A DNA stretch of 64,000 bases from Candidatus Saccharimonadia bacterium (lineage in GTDB: Bacteria; Patescibacteriota; Saccharimonadia; UBA4664). The position numbers and the translations under genes were made by a program. Each line of letters begins with the position of its first letter. Positions within the stretch are counted from its first letter, which is position 1. The DNA is taken from NCBI GenBank assembly GCA_035544015.1, contig DATKIP010000093.1:129156-193155 (forward strand), given 5' to 3'. This document shows positions 62,638 through 64,000 of the stretch, piece by piece. The notes beneath the pieces are model-generated. The model searched no databases. It had not been told where the DNA came from and worked only from the letters and a program-made list of their open reading frames with translations.

Positions 62638-63441
62638 CTAGCGTGCCCAGCCAGCGAGATCCACCATGGCCTCGTAGCCCTCCCGCACCTTGCCCTCGCT
62701 GAGTGCCGTAGTACGCTCGCAGAGGTCGACGCGAGCGTAGCGAGCCACAGCCTCACAGATCTCGTCCTTGCTCACCGAGCAAGCCGGGAACGAAGTGCCC
62801 GCGCCGGCGGCATATCCCTGCGACTTTTCCATGAAGGCCGCCACGAACGGCGCACCCGGTCGCAAGGAGCGGATGAAGGCCGCGACCGCCGCGTCGAACA
62901 TCGCCTTGCTGGAAGCGATCGAGCAGGCCACGAAGAACATCGAGCCTGAGCCGTAGTGCGCCCTGGGCAGATCGTAAATACTGCCCTGGCTCACCACCGA
63001 CCGCGCGCGCAGGCGCTGGAGCACACCCTGCCAGTAGGGACCGTAGGCACCGCCACCAGCCGCTACCATCGCGGCCTCCTGCGGCAACCAACGCTGGTCG
63101 AGCGGCTGGAGCAGCGCCTTCTGAAGTCCCGCGACGTTGCCGCGACCGAACTCCACCTCGTGCAACTGTGCCCCGGGTGCCATCGTGACTTCCAGGATGG
63201 CAGGCCAGTGCCGAGTCTTGGCCGGCCCGACATCCAGATGCGGGCCCTCCAGCGAGTGGGGCTCGAGCGTACCCGCCTGGAGCTGATCGACCACCCAACC
63301 TACCAGGCCGTCGATAATCTGGGCGTCTTCCGCACCGACTCCGTTGACATAGTGATCGTTGTAGCGGTCACCGTCAAAATCGGTGTGGAACGAACTCGGA
63401 CTCGCCGAGGCCGAGGCGTCGTAGCGTTGTTGGATTGACAT
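62638..63441 (-). CDS. putative SAM-dependent methyltransferase (NNMT/PNMT/TEMT-like)
   Basis: weak family resemblance only. Confidence 0.35.
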   Translation of the reverse strand: MSIQQRYDASASASPSSFHTDFDGDRYNDHYVNGVGAEDAQIIDGLVGWVVDQLQAGTLEPHSLEGPHLDVGPAKTRHWPAILEVTMAPGAQLHEVEFGRGNVAGLQKALLQPLDQRWLPQEAAMVAAGGGAYGPYWQGVLQRLRARSVVSQGSIYDLPRAHYGSGSMFFVACSIASSKAMFDAAVAAFIRSLRPGAPFVAAFMEKSQGYAAGAGTSFPACSVSKDEICEAVARYARVDLCERTTALSEGKVREGYEAMVDLAGWAR

Positions 63442-63543
63442 GCGCGGTTCCCCCGTTTCAGGGTAGAAGGATGAAGGACTGCTTTACGATGTCTCGATAA
63501 AGCAGGCCATACTATACCACATTTAGCCTCGCTCTGCTAAAAA

Positions 63544-63981
63544 TCAGCGCGCCGCGTTCGCCGTACCCTTGAGCTGGAAATAATCCCAATACACGTCCCG
63601 CGCCGCACCACCCGTAGCATAAAAGCTCAGAGCCGGCGACATGCGCGCCACACCATCAATCGTCACCGCCGTCACCACCTGTGCGCTGCCGTTGATGCCA
63701 AAGGTGGCCTCAGACGTCCCCACACCCACGCCGCTCACATTAATGCTCAACCGCACCCACGCATTGGCCACGATCAAGTTTGTAGTCGGCGTGCACGTAG
63801 CTGCCACCCCATCGCCGTAGCAATATTGCCAGTTTGGATTCACCGCCGGATTGGCCTCCCACCACACGCCCGACACCGGCGCTGTCGTGCCGCTCGTCTC
63901 ACCGTGCAGGCCGATCCGCAGCACCAGCCCCGCCGTCGCGCCCACCGCCACCGCCGTCTTCAAAATATCGCCGCGCTGCAA
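63544..63981 (-). CDS. hypothetical protein (may extend beyond window end)
   Basis: ORF at window edge. Confidence 0.3.
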   Translation of the reverse strand: MQRGDILKTAVAVGATAGLVLRIGLHGETSGTTAPVSGVWWEANPAVNPNWQYCYGDGVAATCTPTTNLIVANAWVRLSINVSGVGVGTSEATFGINGSAQVVTAVTIDGVARMSPALSFYATGGAARDVYWDYFQLKGTANAAR

Positions 63982-64000
63982 AATAGCAGACCCGCCGCTC

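Overview
High-GC (~60-65%) bacterial chromosome segment carrying the conserved str-S10-spc-alpha ribosomal superoperon, but in an unusually fragmented form. The tail of rpoC runs directly into rpsL-rpsG. fusA, tuf and rpsJ are each isolated as single genes with their own sigma70-like promoter and intrinsic terminator, separated by 3.5-9.6 kb islands of accessory genes. The block rplC...rplO-secY-infA-rpmJ-rpsM-rpsK-rpsD-rpoA-rplQ-rplM-rpsI (31.7-46.4 kb) is contiguous, lacks rpmD (L30) between rpsE and rplO, and has a SAM-methyltransferase where adk/map normally follow secY. Downstream are thrC, a WhiB-like regulator, an RCK K+ channel, an RluD-like pseudouridine synthase, holB, three tRNAs (Thr-Tyr-Thr), rpmG, aroE, tRNA-Trp, two EamA transporters, an archaeal-type aspS preceded by a candidate T-box attenuator leader, and assorted membrane or hypothetical genes. 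The islands contain: a low-GC HigB(Gp49)-HigA toxin-antitoxin module with a translationally coupled third gene and a tandem TTGATATC operator; a tandem triplet of small Cys-containing secreted paralogs; three paralogous secreted/lipoproteins; and at least four families of short palindromic repeat elements (41, 45, ~30 and ~85 nt). Two NUDIX hydrolases, RNase HI, RarA, an ABC-F ATPase, a Mur ligase, an M20 peptidase and a divergent Glu/Leu/Phe/Val-type dehydrogenase are also present. No rRNA, CRISPR array or integrase was seen. Many long antisense ORFs in the high-GC DNA are treated as spurious. Lineage cannot be fixed from sequence alone: WhiB, TIGR03086-like and DUF1345 genes point to Actinobacteria-like content, whereas missing L30/adk/map resembles reduced lineages such as Patescibacteria.
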